A stretch of DNA of 64,000 nucleotides from an uncultured delta proteobacterium (GCA_963711565.1 CAVQEQ010000001.1:384001-448000), one strand, 5' to 3'; numbered from the stretch's first letter, positions 26,179-34,951 are shown. Translations and numbers: made by a program. The notes: generated from the letters alone by a model not told the origin.

Positions 26179-27120
26179 TCACCCGCTGAGTTCGACTCGT
26201 CGTTTGTAGAGCGGCGGCAGCAGCAATGTAAGTGCATCGCTTACTATCTCGACGGAGCCGGGAAGATGGCCCGCGTATTCGCCATCTACTTGCACGTAGA
26301 TGCGAGTATCAAGGACCGGAGAGAAGTGGAGCTTATGAGCGCGCAGGATATGCAACCCTTGCATGCCTTGCAGGCGGTTCATGACTACTCCGACGAAGTA
26401 CCGCAGGTAGCGCAGCGAACTGTGCCCCTGGAACAGCACCACCTCGAACTGGTCATCGAACAGCGAAGTATCGCGCGCGATCTTCAGATCGCCGCCATAG
26501 TTCCGCACCTTGCTGACGAGCGCGAACGAGCAGCGGTAGTCGTGGTCGTCAATTGTTACCGAGAACTCTTCCAGGCGGCGGCCCATGAGGCTGAACGCAG
26601 CTATCCAGTAGGCGATCTTTCCCAGATTGGTCTTCAGTCGCGCGCTGAGGTTGTAGATTATGCGGGCGTCGAGGCCTACACCCGTCATCAGAAGGAAATG
26701 CCGCGTGTCTGGCGCGCCGTTGTTGAAATGTAGGCGGCCCACCGAAATCCGTTCCGGTGTGTATCTGAGGAGATCGCGCGCTGCGGCTTCCAGGTTGGAA
26801 CTCATACCGGTTTCCGTGGCGAGCACGTTGGCTGTACCGGCGGGCAGAATTCCGAGAGGCACCGCAGAGTGCAGCATTCCTTCGGCGACTTCGTTGATAG
26901 TGCCGTCTCCACCCGCGGCCACGATCAAACCGACACCATTGGCGGTCCAGGCGTGCGCCAAGGCGACGGCGTCGCCCGGACCGGAAGTAGGGACCAGAGT
27001 GGTTTCGTAGCCTGCCTCTGTGAGAATACGCCTGGCGCGCTCGAGCCGGTCAGGGCCTCTGCGCTTCAGTTTCCCTGCAAGGGGATTGTAGATGATGACG
27101 CAGGTTTTCCTGGAGCTGAT
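26179..27120 (-). CDS. Diacylglycerol kinase family (YegS/BmrU-like) lipid kinase; start codon non-canonical or uncertain
   Basis: AGGDGTINEV, LPAGTANVLA, GVGLDA, QVDGE; reading frame stays open upstream of 26961 through the IIYNPLAG motif. Confidence 0.85.
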   Translation of the reverse strand: MSSRKTCVIIYNPLAGKLKRRGPDRLERARRILTEAGYETTLVPTSGPGDAVALAHAWTANGVGLIVAAGGDGTINEVAEGMLHSAVPLGILPAGTANVLATETGMSSNLEAAARDLLRYTPERISVGRLHFNNGAPDTRHFLLMTGVGLDARIIYNLSARLKTNLGKIAYWIAAFSLMGRRLEEFSVTIDDHDYRCSFALVSKVRNYGGDLKIARDTSLFDDQFEVVLFQGHSSLRYLRYFVGVVMNRLQGMQGLHILRAHKLHFSPVLDTRIYVQVDGEYAGHLPGSVEIVSDALTLLLPPLYKRRVELSG

Positions 27121-27125
27121 GACTG

Positions 27126-27707
27126 CTACTGCCCGGCGCGGTCGGCCGCCCTCTGCGCGGCTGCGGCCGCTGCTGCCGCGGCGGCGTGGGTCTCAGCCGA
27201 TTTTTCCATCGTGGCCTGGCGCTGCTCGCCGCGCGCGAGATTCTTTCTCATTTGCGCGGCGCCCGCCGCGCCGAGGTTCTGCGTTTCCCACTTGGGCTTG
27301 GTGACAGAGACCCACTGGCCATTCTCAAGCGCATAGGTGAAGACGAGATACTTGAGGTTGCCGGTCGCGAGGCCCTTGGTCGTCCCCGGTTTCACGGGAT
27401 TGTACTCGACCCCGCCGAGCTTGCAGCTCACGACCAGGTGATTGTGCGGGCCGTAGGTGGGCAGGTACTCGAATTTCTGCAGGAGGTCTATGTACACCTG
27501 ACCCTTGGCTTTTTTTTCATCCTGCTCGTCAAAGTAGGGGCCTGACACATCGGAGAGTTTGTCCTGGAGCGACTGCTGTAGCGCCGGCGTGAGATCCTTT
27601 TGCGCGCGCGCGTGCTGCAAATCCATCGTCTGCGCGCGCGAGAAACACGGCGGAAAAAAGAACGCGGCCGCAAGGGCGACCGCGCTGAGTATCTTCAGAT
27701 TTTTCAT
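27126..27707 (-). CDS. Secreted/periplasmic hypothetical protein
   Basis: Signal peptide MKNLKILSAVALAAAFF...SRA-Q; poly-Ala C-terminus; co-directional with the exbBD-vWA cluster. Confidence 0.75.
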   Translation of the reverse strand: MKNLKILSAVALAAAFFFPPCFSRAQTMDLQHARAQKDLTPALQQSLQDKLSDVSGPYFDEQDEKKAKGQVYIDLLQKFEYLPTYGPHNHLVVSCKLGGVEYNPVKPGTTKGLATGNLKYLVFTYALENGQWVSVTKPKWETQNLGAAGAAQMRKNLARGEQRQATMEKSAETHAAAAAAAAAAQRAADRAGQ

Positions 27708-27754
27708 GACGTCCCGGTCACCATCATAATAGACGATTGGCCGGACGCAAATAT

Positions 27755-28975
27755 TTACGGGCTCGCGCTGCTCTGGTTCAGCCCACGCCCGAAAGCGGAG
27801 ACCTGCGACTGCCACTGGTCGCCGAAGGCGAGGATTAGCACCTGCTGGTTGATGTGCGCGTCCTTGCTCAACGACTTCATCGAGCCGCCGCCCGCCGTCG
27901 CGAGCACTTTGTACGCGGCCTGAGTCTGCCGATAGAATGCCGGCAACGGCGAGATCTTCGGCGGCTCCTCGCGATGCACCTTGAGCCAGAATTCGCGCTC
28001 GAATCGCTCATGCTCTTCCGCCGCCACGTCCACCGTGTTGAACGTCCCGTTGTTGGTCCTGAACTGCCGGATCAGCGCCAGCAGCGGCGCGAAGTCTTCC
28101 GTGCGCGGCGGCGAGTCGCCCACCAGCACGACCACCTTCTTGGCGTATGGCTTCCAATCCATCTTGTTGATGCCGGTCTCGACCGCGCCGAGCGTGTCCT
28201 CTTCCCATTCGCCGCCACCCATCGCCTGGATGGTGTTCAGAAAGTCGCTCAGCTTTTGCGGTGACAGGGTCAACGGCTGGATTCTCATCGGCTCGCCCTT
28301 GCCGCCGAACACGATTATTCCGATGCGTGCGATTGGCACCAGTCGATGAATCGACTGGACAAGTTGCTGCATCTTGGCCTTTACGTCGTCGATGATGAGT
28401 CGCATCGAGCCGGTGCCGTCGATCACGAGCACCACGTCCAGTCCTTTGCGTCTCAGCTCGCCGATGAACCCGCCGAAGCCTGAGCCGATGCCGTGGCCGT
28501 AGCCTGAGCCCATGCCGCCGCCGCGACCGATGCCGATACCGCCGCCGCCGGCTGCGCGCACGTAGTCACTGGCGAGACCCACGGCTTGCGACGTGTCAAC
28601 CGCGGTCGGCTGCTCCATCTGTTGCGGCGCCGTGTCGGGCATCGGCACTTCCGGCATGTCGAGATCCTGCATCTCGTTGCCGCCACCGCCACCGCCGCCC
28701 GCCTCGAGGTTCACCATGATCAATTCGCGCCCACGCTGCTCATGCACCGTGATGATCAGGAACAGCAGGCCGAGTACGTGAAGCGCGACCGATAGAGGAA
28801 ACGGCCCGATCAGCAGACCGAGCGCATCTTTCATTTTCTGAAGGCGGGTCGCGTCTGCTTCGTCGTCTTCCCGGTTCGCTTCGGCTTCGAGCTCTCTCTT
28901 GCCGAGTATCCGATAGAAGATGAAAGCGACGACGAACGTCGAGAGGACAAGCAAGATAATGATTACTGCGATCAT
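27755..28975 (-). CDS. Membrane-anchored vWA-domain protein with TonB/TolA-like transmembrane helix
   Basis: TM1 at aa 1-23; TM2 with S62-x3-H66; Pro/Gly-rich linker; MIDAS-like VIDGTGSM ... VLVGDSPP. Confidence 0.8.
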   Translation of the reverse strand: MIAVIIILLVLSTFVVAFIFYRILGKRELEAEANREDDEADATRLQKMKDALGLLIGPFPLSVALHVLGLLFLIITVHEQRGRELIMVNLEAGGGGGGGNEMQDLDMPEVPMPDTAPQQMEQPTAVDTSQAVGLASDYVRAAGGGGIGIGRGGGMGSGYGHGIGSGFGGFIGELRRKGLDVVLVIDGTGSMRLIIDDVKAKMQQLVQSIHRLVPIARIGIIVFGGKGEPMRIQPLTLSPQKLSDFLNTIQAMGGGEWEEDTLGAVETGINKMDWKPYAKKVVVLVGDSPPRTEDFAPLLALIRQFRTNNGTFNTVDVAAEEHERFEREFWLKVHREEPPKISPLPAFYRQTQAAYKVLATAGGGSMKSLSKDAHINQQVLILAFGDQWQSQVSAFGRGLNQSSASP

Positions 28976-28984
28976 ATTAAAATC

Positions 28985-29452
28985 CTACGCTCCGCCCCCC
29001 GGCGCCGGAGCACCAGCACCGCCTGGGGGTAGCGAAGATACTGCTATAGCTATCGCCTCGGCACCCGCCGACTTGGCCACGTCCAGGATACGAACCATAT
29101 CACCTAGTATAACCTTTGGGTCGCCCTGGAAAATCACGATTTTGTCGGTCGAATTCTGAAGCGCGTCATGAAGCTGAGGCATCAGCTCCGGCTCGGTGAC
29201 CTGCTTGTCGTTCAGGTAGATGAGATGGTCGGCGGTATACGTTACGATAATTCCCTTGGGCTTGTCGGTTGGCGAGGACGCGGCTTCGGCCTTGGGCAAA
29301 TCGACGTGCGCCGCGGACTCGATCGTCACTGCCGTCGTCACCATGAAGATAATCAGCAGGACGAGAAAGATATCGGTCAACGGGGTGATGTTGATGTCGG
29401 AAAACACCCCGCCGCCCTTGTTTTTGCTCATTTTTCCTTTTGCCATGCGCAA
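28985..29452 (-). CDS. ExbD/TolR family protein (copy 2)
   Basis: DINITPLTDIFLVLLIIFM with the conserved TM Asp; VDLP; FQGD. Confidence 0.93.
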   Translation of the reverse strand: MRMAKGKMSKNKGGGVFSDINITPLTDIFLVLLIIFMVTTAVTIESAAHVDLPKAEAASSPTDKPKGIIVTYTADHLIYLNDKQVTEPELMPQLHDALQNSTDKIVIFQGDPKVILGDMVRILDVAKSAGAEAIAIAVSSLPPGGAGAPAPGGGA

Positions 29453-29458
29453 GTACCT

Positions 29459-29917
29459 CTACGGGCTCCCCCCACCCGAGGGGTTGTTTTCCATTTGCGC
29501 ACCAGTAACCCGCTTGGCCGCGATGGCAATTTGTTCGGCACCTGCCGCCTTGGCGATATTCAGTATCCGCACCATGTCGCCGAGCAGCACTTTACGATCG
29601 CCCTGGAACACAACGATCTTCTGATCGACCTTACCCAGCGCGTCGCTCAGGGCGGAACGGAGCTCACGCTCGGGCACGTCTTTGGAGTTGACGAACAGCT
29701 CGTGCTGCGCGGTGTAGGTGACGATCACGCCCTTGTTCTCGGGCGCGGTGTTGGTTGCGTTGGGCAGATCGACGTGCGCGGCGGACTCGATGGTGACGGA
29801 GGTCGTCACCATGAAGATGATCAGCAGAACCAGAAAAATATCTGTCAGCGGCGTGATATTGATGTCGGAGAAAACTCCGCCACCTTCACCGCCCTGATGT
29901 GGTCCGCTAATTGCCAC
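29459..29917 (-). CDS. ExbD/TolR family protein (copy 1)
   Basis: DINITPLTDIFLVLLIIFM with the conserved TM Asp; VDLP; FQGD. Confidence 0.93.
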   Translation of the reverse strand: MAISGPHQGGEGGGVFSDINITPLTDIFLVLLIIFMVTTSVTIESAAHVDLPNATNTAPENKGVIVTYTAQHELFVNSKDVPERELRSALSDALGKVDQKIVVFQGDRKVLLGDMVRILNIAKAAGAEQIAIAAKRVTGAQMENNPSGGGSP

Positions 29918-30548
29918 GCGCTTGTCTCCCCTGGAGGGCAGCGTCGATCAGGCGGTCGTCGTTGATGTGCTGGATGGCGCTGATGTTCTCGACCTTGACG
30001 GAGAAATAGTTGAAGAAGATAACCGCGACGATCGCGACGGCCAGTCCAAGCGCGGTGGAAATCAACGCTTCCGAAATACCGGCCGCGACGACCGAGAATC
30101 CGCCGGTGCCCATGATTGCCATCGACTGGAACGCGACGAGAATACCGACGACCGTGCCGAACAGCCCGATAAACGGCGCCGACGCGCCCGCCGTCGCCAG
30201 CACCCAGATGTAGCGCTTGAACTCGAGCCCTTCCTGGTAGCGGCGCTCATCGTCGAGCTCGAGCAGATGATCGCGGTCCATCGTCTGCGCGCCCGAAATC
30301 AGCGTATGGAAAATACGCTCGGCCGCCGTCGCGCGAGCTTGAGTGGCCTGCAGCGCTTCGTTGAACTTGCCGGTCCGCAGATTCGGAATCAGCGAGTCAG
30401 CCAGCTTGGCCGTCCTGGGCCCAACGCCCCACAGTGCCCACACGCGCTCAAAAATGATCGCGAGACAAACGACCGAAATGAACAGCAGGGGATACGTTGC
30501 GTAGTAGCCCTGCTGGATCATCGACAAAATTCCAAAACTGCTTTGCAT
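29907..30548 (-). CDS. MotA/TolQ/ExbB proton channel protein
   Basis: APFIGLFGTVVGI and GISEALISTALGL; three TM helices; GAGAGGA RBS. Confidence 0.94.
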   Translation of the reverse strand: MQSSFGILSMIQQGYYATYPLLFISVVCLAIIFERVWALWGVGPRTAKLADSLIPNLRTGKFNEALQATQARATAAERIFHTLISGAQTMDRDHLLELDDERRYQEGLEFKRYIWVLATAGASAPFIGLFGTVVGILVAFQSMAIMGTGGFSVVAAGISEALISTALGLAVAIVAVIFFNYFSVKVENISAIQHINDDRLIDAALQGRQARGN

Positions 30549-31091
30549 CTCTTATCCTCTCGAGATTGATATAGATTGAGCGGCGAAATTTTGGCCCCGC
30601 CCGAACCATTGCAATAACTGCCCCAAACTGCCTCAGCGGTTCTCCCCTGAACCGGTTGTCAGCCCAAAGTAAATAGACTGGGCTCCCACCAGCCGGTCAA
30701 AGTGTCCGTCATGGCGCGGAAAGTCTGAATGCAACAATGGCAAGTATTTGTCAAGAGTCGCCGCGCGGAAGCAAAATTTGCAGACTGCGTCGTCCACGAT
30801 TGCGAATGGGCAGCGGCGGCTTCCTGCGCCGCGCCACGTCGCGCAATCTTTGCACCCCGCTCGACTATCGAGTCGGTGCATCACTTAGTCTAGACCCTTG
30901 GTCATGCTGCCGACTACCTCAAAATCGGTCGCCGACGGCACTGCGGACACCTCCGATCGCCTTGACTTCTTGGCCCCTCACGTCTATCCAGAAGCTTGCC
31001 ACAGCATGCCGCAGGTTGACCGCGATGCGGTCTTTGTTTTTTTGGGCGATTGACGCTTTTGAGAAATCTTGACCCACTACTTATTAAGACG

Positions 31092-31661
31092 GTGAATCGG
31101 CTCGGTCTGTTCAAGTTGGCCGCGCTGTCCGCCGCCTGCATGCTCGTATCCGCAGCCTGCAAATCAGCGCCGGTCGCCGCTCCAGTTGCCCCGCCGGTGG
31201 TTACCGCGACGGGCCCGACCGACGAGCCCAGCAACGCGCTACCTTCGGACTTGTACAAGGCGATGCCCATATATCCGGGCGCCAAGATCGAGCACGTCCG
31301 AAAACCCAAAGGTGCGATGCGCGAAATCCTGTTCAGCTCCGACGCCCAGATGCAGCAGATGCTGGCCTACTACAAGGAGCAGCTGAAGCAGAATGACTTT
31401 CACATAACGTCGTCGCTGATCATGCCCGCGCGCAAGACTTGGTCGTGCGATTTCAACTACCAGGGGCAGCCGGGCAGCATCATGCTCTACCCGAGCGATC
31501 AGGATAAGGCGAAGATGACAATCGATCTCATTTACGAGTTACCTGCGCACCTGGACCCATCTCTGATAGAACCCAAAGAAGATTTCGACGTAGAAGGACC
31601 GGGCGAAATCGCCCAACAAGCACCGAATCCAAATCCAACCGAAAAAGCGAAGAGGAATTAG
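31092..31661 (+). CDS. Hypothetical lipoprotein
   Basis: Lipobox-like VSAAC after a hydrophobic stretch; MPIYPGAK motif; start approximate. Confidence 0.7.
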   Translation: MNRLGLFKLAALSAACMLVSAACKSAPVAAPVAPPVVTATGPTDEPSNALPSDLYKAMPIYPGAKIEHVRKPKGAMREILFSSDAQMQQMLAYYKEQLKQNDFHITSSLIMPARKTWSCDFNYQGQPGSIMLYPSDQDKAKMTIDLIYELPAHLDPSLIEPKEDFDVEGPGEIAQQAPNPNPTEKAKRN

Positions 31662-31665
31662 CGAA

Positions 31666-32598
31666 ATGGCACTACTGACAGGTAAAGTTGCGGTAATAAC
31701 TGGCGCCGGCCGCGGCATCGGGCGCGAAGAGGCGTTGCTGCTGGCCAAGCATGGCGCCAAGGTGGTCGTCAACGACCTCGGCGGTCACTTCGACGGGACC
31801 GGGCAGTCGCGCTCGCCGGCCGAGGATGTGGTCAAGGAAATCCGCTCCGCCGGTGGCGAGGCCGTCGCCAACTTCGAGAGCGTGACCGACTTCAAGGCCG
31901 CCAAGCGGATCATCGACTGCGCGATCGACAACTTCGGCAAGCTCAACATCGTCGTCAACAACGCCGGCATCCTGCGCGACCGCATGATCTTCAACATGAG
32001 CGAAGAGGATTGGGACGCAGTCGTCACCGTCCATCTGAAGGGGTCATTCAACGTCGCCCGCCACGCGGCCGCCTATTGGCGCGAGCAGCACAAGGCCGGC
32101 AACGTGCTCAACGGCCGGCTCATCAACACCAGCTCGGACTCGGGCATTTTGGGCAACGCGGGGCAGAGCAACTACGGCTCCGCAAAAGCGGCAGTGGCCG
32201 CGATGGCGATAATCGTCGATCGCGAGATGAGCCGCTACGGCGTCACCGCCAATGCGATCGCGCCGGTCGCGCGCACGCGCCTGACCGTCAACGCGACTCC
32301 GCAGACCGCCGGCGGCATGGCGCAGAAAGAGGGCCAGTGGGACGCATTCACGCCCGCGCACGTCGCGCCGCTGGTTGCGTGGCTCGGGAGTGACGACGCC
32401 AAAGACGTTCACGGCGAAGTGTTCCGCGTCGGCATGGGCAATGTGTGGCTGATGCGCGGATGGCACACGGGCGCCAAGGTTTCGAAGAAGGGCTCGATGT
32501 GGAAGCCGGCGGAACTCGGCGCCAAGCTCAAGGAAGAGCTGGCCAAGGGCGTGACCAAGAAAGAGAGCATGGGCGAGGTGATGGGCGGGGGCGTGTAG
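31666..32598 (+). CDS. SDR family oxidoreductase (3-hydroxyacyl-CoA dehydrogenase-like)
   Basis: TGAGRGIG, VVVNDLG, NNAGILRD, NYGSAK. Confidence 0.93.
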   Translation: MALLTGKVAVITGAGRGIGREEALLLAKHGAKVVVNDLGGHFDGTGQSRSPAEDVVKEIRSAGGEAVANFESVTDFKAAKRIIDCAIDNFGKLNIVVNNAGILRDRMIFNMSEEDWDAVVTVHLKGSFNVARHAAAYWREQHKAGNVLNGRLINTSSDSGILGNAGQSNYGSAKAAVAAMAIIVDREMSRYGVTANAIAPVARTRLTVNATPQTAGGMAQKEGQWDAFTPAHVAPLVAWLGSDDAKDVHGEVFRVGMGNVWLMRGWHTGAKVSKKGSMWKPAELGAKLKEELAKGVTKKESMGEVMGGGV

Positions 32599-32602
32599 AT
32601 TT

Positions 32603-33124
32603 TTGACGGTCGAGAAGAAACCTAAAAGCGCGGCTCCTCGTGAGCCGCGCTTTCGTTCCATCCTGTTCATTTGCGCCGCCAACACCGCGCGCAGCGTGAT
32701 GGCCGAGCATATCCTGCGCCGCGAACTCGACGCGCTAGGCTTCGATCACAATATTACGATCACCTCGGCGGGTATCGCGCCGTATGCGCGCGACGGCGCG
32801 CTGGTCTCGCTCGACACGCGGATGGCGCTGCGCGAAGTCGGCATCGACATCGGCGACGAAGCAACATCCACCGACCTCAAGCGCCATCCCGAGATGCTCG
32901 AGCAAACCGACCTCATCATCGCGATGACCGAGCAGCAGGCGCGCGAACTGGTCGAGCGATTTCCCGGCGCAAAAGAGCGGCCGGTGTTCACGCTGCGTTC
33001 GTTCGCGGGCGAAGCTGGCGATATCGATGACCCCTACGAAAAGGGCGACCTCGTATTCGCCGAATGCCGCGAAGAAATCCATCGGCTCGTCCCGACGATC
33101 ATCGATCGCCTTTTTCATCCCTAG
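32603..33124 (+). CDS. Low-molecular-weight protein tyrosine/arginine phosphatase family
   Basis: P-loop CAANTARS (CX5R), SAG, DLIIAM, general acid DPY. Confidence 0.88.
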   Translation: MTVEKKPKSAAPREPRFRSILFICAANTARSVMAEHILRRELDALGFDHNITITSAGIAPYARDGALVSLDTRMALREVGIDIGDEATSTDLKRHPEMLEQTDLIIAMTEQQARELVERFPGAKERPVFTLRSFAGEAGDIDDPYEKGDLVFAECREEIHRLVPTIIDRLFHP

Positions 33125-33128
33125 TCCG

Positions 33129-33563
33129 ATGACAACGGAATTCCAAAATCCGAGTGATACTGAGATTCGCGCGATTCTATCGAAGCCGGCAACGGTCGCA
33201 GTCATCGGATGCTCCGACAATCCTGCGCGCGACTCACTTAAGATCGCGAAATTGTTAAAGAGCCACGGCTTCAAGGTGATCCCGGTCAATCCCCAGCTCA
33301 ACGCCGACGCGCTCCGCAGCGCCCTCGGAGAGAAGTGCTACCCCGACCTGGCATCGATTCCCGAGCTGGTCGAGATAGTGGACGTATTCCGCCGCTCAGA
33401 GTTCGTCCCGCAAATTGTCGAAGACGCAATCGCAAAAGGCGCGCGCATCCTCTGGTGCCAGCTCGGCGTGATCCACCTCGACGCCGCCCGCCGCGCGCAA
33501 AAGGCCGGGATGACGGTCGTCATGGACCGATGCCCGGCAATCGAATACGCACGCTTGTTCTAG
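33129..33563 (+). CDS. CoA-binding protein (YccU-like)
   Basis: VAVIGCSDNPAR.S, VIPVNP, IVDVFR, WCQLGV, VVMDRC. Confidence 0.92.
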   Translation: MTTEFQNPSDTEIRAILSKPATVAVIGCSDNPARDSLKIAKLLKSHGFKVIPVNPQLNADALRSALGEKCYPDLASIPELVEIVDVFRRSEFVPQIVEDAIAKGARILWCQLGVIHLDAARRAQKAGMTVVMDRCPAIEYARLF

Positions 33564-33574
33564 CGGAGACCCCT

Positions 33575-33901
33575 GTGGCGCGCTGGGAGAGCCGAACCTT
33601 CTTCGTGTACATCATGGGCAGTAAGTTCGGTGTTCTCTATATTGGGGTCACGAACAATTTAGAACGGCGCGTGAAGGAGCATCGCGAAGGACTGATTCCA
33701 GGGTTTACGAAGAAGTATCGCGTGCGGAGGCTCTTATATTTCGAACAGTTCGAGAGAGCGGCAGAGGCAATCGCTCGTGAGAAACAAATCAAGGGATGGA
33801 AGCGGGCAAGGAAGCTCGATCTGATTCATACGATGAATCTTGAGATGGCAGATCTTGGCGCGCGCAGGAGCACGCGAGATTCTTCGCCGCGCTCAGAATG
33901 A
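33575..33901 (+). CDS. Small stand-alone GIY-YIG nuclease (UPF0213-like, 108 aa)
   Basis: FVYIM...LYIGVTNNLERRVKEH, FTKKY, AIAREKQIKGWKR; GGAGA RBS before GTG 33575; stop TGA lies inside a repeat. Confidence 0.92.
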   Translation: MARWESRTFFVYIMGSKFGVLYIGVTNNLERRVKEHREGLIPGFTKKYRVRRLLYFEQFERAAEAIAREKQIKGWKRARKLDLIHTMNLEMADLGARRSTRDSSPRSE

Positions 33902-33989
33902 CGGAAGTTATGATGTTCTGCGCACTTTCTTTTGTCCGTCTTTTTTTCATCCGTCATCCTGAGCGCAGTCTGCGCAGCGAAGGATCTCG
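33875..33989. repeat. Palindromic repeat family A, inverted pair at the 3' end of the GIY-YIG gene
   Basis: CGAGATTCTTCGCCGCGCTCAGAATGACGGA (33875-33905) and TCCGTCATCCTGAGCGCAGTCTGCGCAGCGAAGGATCTCG (33950-33989). Confidence 0.85.
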
Positions 33990-34022
33990 TCCGCCGCGAA
34001 GCGGTGGCACCATATTCTCCCG

Positions 34023-34589
34023 ATGAAGCCGCGCAAGTGGAAGACGCTCAGGAGCAACGTCGCGTACAGCACGCCGATCTTCGATTTGCATCGACGCCAC
34101 TCGACGCATCCGCGGCGCGGCGAGCGCGACTTCTTCATTCTCGAAGCGCCCAACTGGGTGAATATCATTCCGCTCGCGAAGAACGGCGATGTGGTGATGA
34201 TTCGTTTATGGCGTCACGGCATCTCCGACTTCACGCTCGAGGTGCCGGGCGGAATGGTCGATCCCGAGGATCCGTCGCCGATGCACGCGGCGCGCCGCGA
34301 GATGATCGAAGAGATCGGCTTCGATTCCGACGCGATCGTCGAACTCGGCAAGGTGCATCCGAATCCTGCAATCCAGGGCAACATCTGTTTTTCGTTCCTC
34401 GCCGAGAATGTGCGACACGTCGAAAGGGCGGTCTCGCCCGGCGACGAAGAGACCGAAGTCGTGCTAGTCCCGATGCGCGAAATCCGCGGCCTGATCGCGT
34501 CGGGGAAAATCATGCACGCGCTGACGATCGCCGCATTTTCGTTCCTGCACGTGTACAACCCGCCGCCGAAGCGTAAGCGCAAAAAGTAA
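34023..34589 (+). CDS. NUDIX hydrolase (ADP-ribose pyrophosphatase-like)
   Basis: Nudix box EVPGGMVDPED...AARREMIEEIG; HPNPA. Confidence 0.9.
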   Translation: MKPRKWKTLRSNVAYSTPIFDLHRRHSTHPRRGERDFFILEAPNWVNIIPLAKNGDVVMIRLWRHGISDFTLEVPGGMVDPEDPSPMHAARREMIEEIGFDSDAIVELGKVHPNPAIQGNICFSFLAENVRHVERAVSPGDEETEVVLVPMREIRGLIASGKIMHALTIAAFSFLHVYNPPPKRKRKK

Positions 34590-34845
34590 AAGATCCTTGC
34601 AAGAAAATTCGATGCGCGCGTTCAAAGAGTCGAGAGGGACGACTCGATGGACGCATTCAGCTCCAAGCTCAAGCGCTGGACCGGCTCATTTGGCGACCGC
34701 CGCCTGTTCCAGATCTAACGGGATGGAACCTCGAAGACGTAATCAAGAAGACCGGGCTGCCGCCCGACTCCCAGCCAAAGCCGCGATGGCAAGGCATCTG
34801 GGGCTCGTGGCGCGCTGGTCGCGACGGTACGCGCGAGGTTGTCTT

Positions 34846-34951
34846 GTTTTCAGTGGGGCGGGCCGCCGTGCCCGCCATCGACGCGCCGGGGCTCGGTGCG
34901 GGCCGCGACCTTGAGCAGAGGGCGGGCACGGCGGCCCGCCCCACTGAAAAC
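34846..34951. repeat. REP-doublet (REPIN-like) perfect inverted repeat
   Basis: 31-bp GTTTTCAGTGGGGCGGGCCGCCGTGCCCGCC at 34846-34876 and its exact reverse complement at 34921-34951. Confidence 0.85.

Noticed and set aside
20810-28975. CbbQ and the vWA protein as a MoxR/vWA chaperone pair
   Set aside because: 6 kb apart on opposite strands; the vWA is predicted periplasmic and tied to exbBD, and lacks CbbO/NorD length and layout
28985-30548. Canonical tol-pal or tonB iron-uptake locus
   Set aside because: No tolB, pal, TonB C-terminal domain or TonB-dependent receptor nearby, so gene symbols were not assigned
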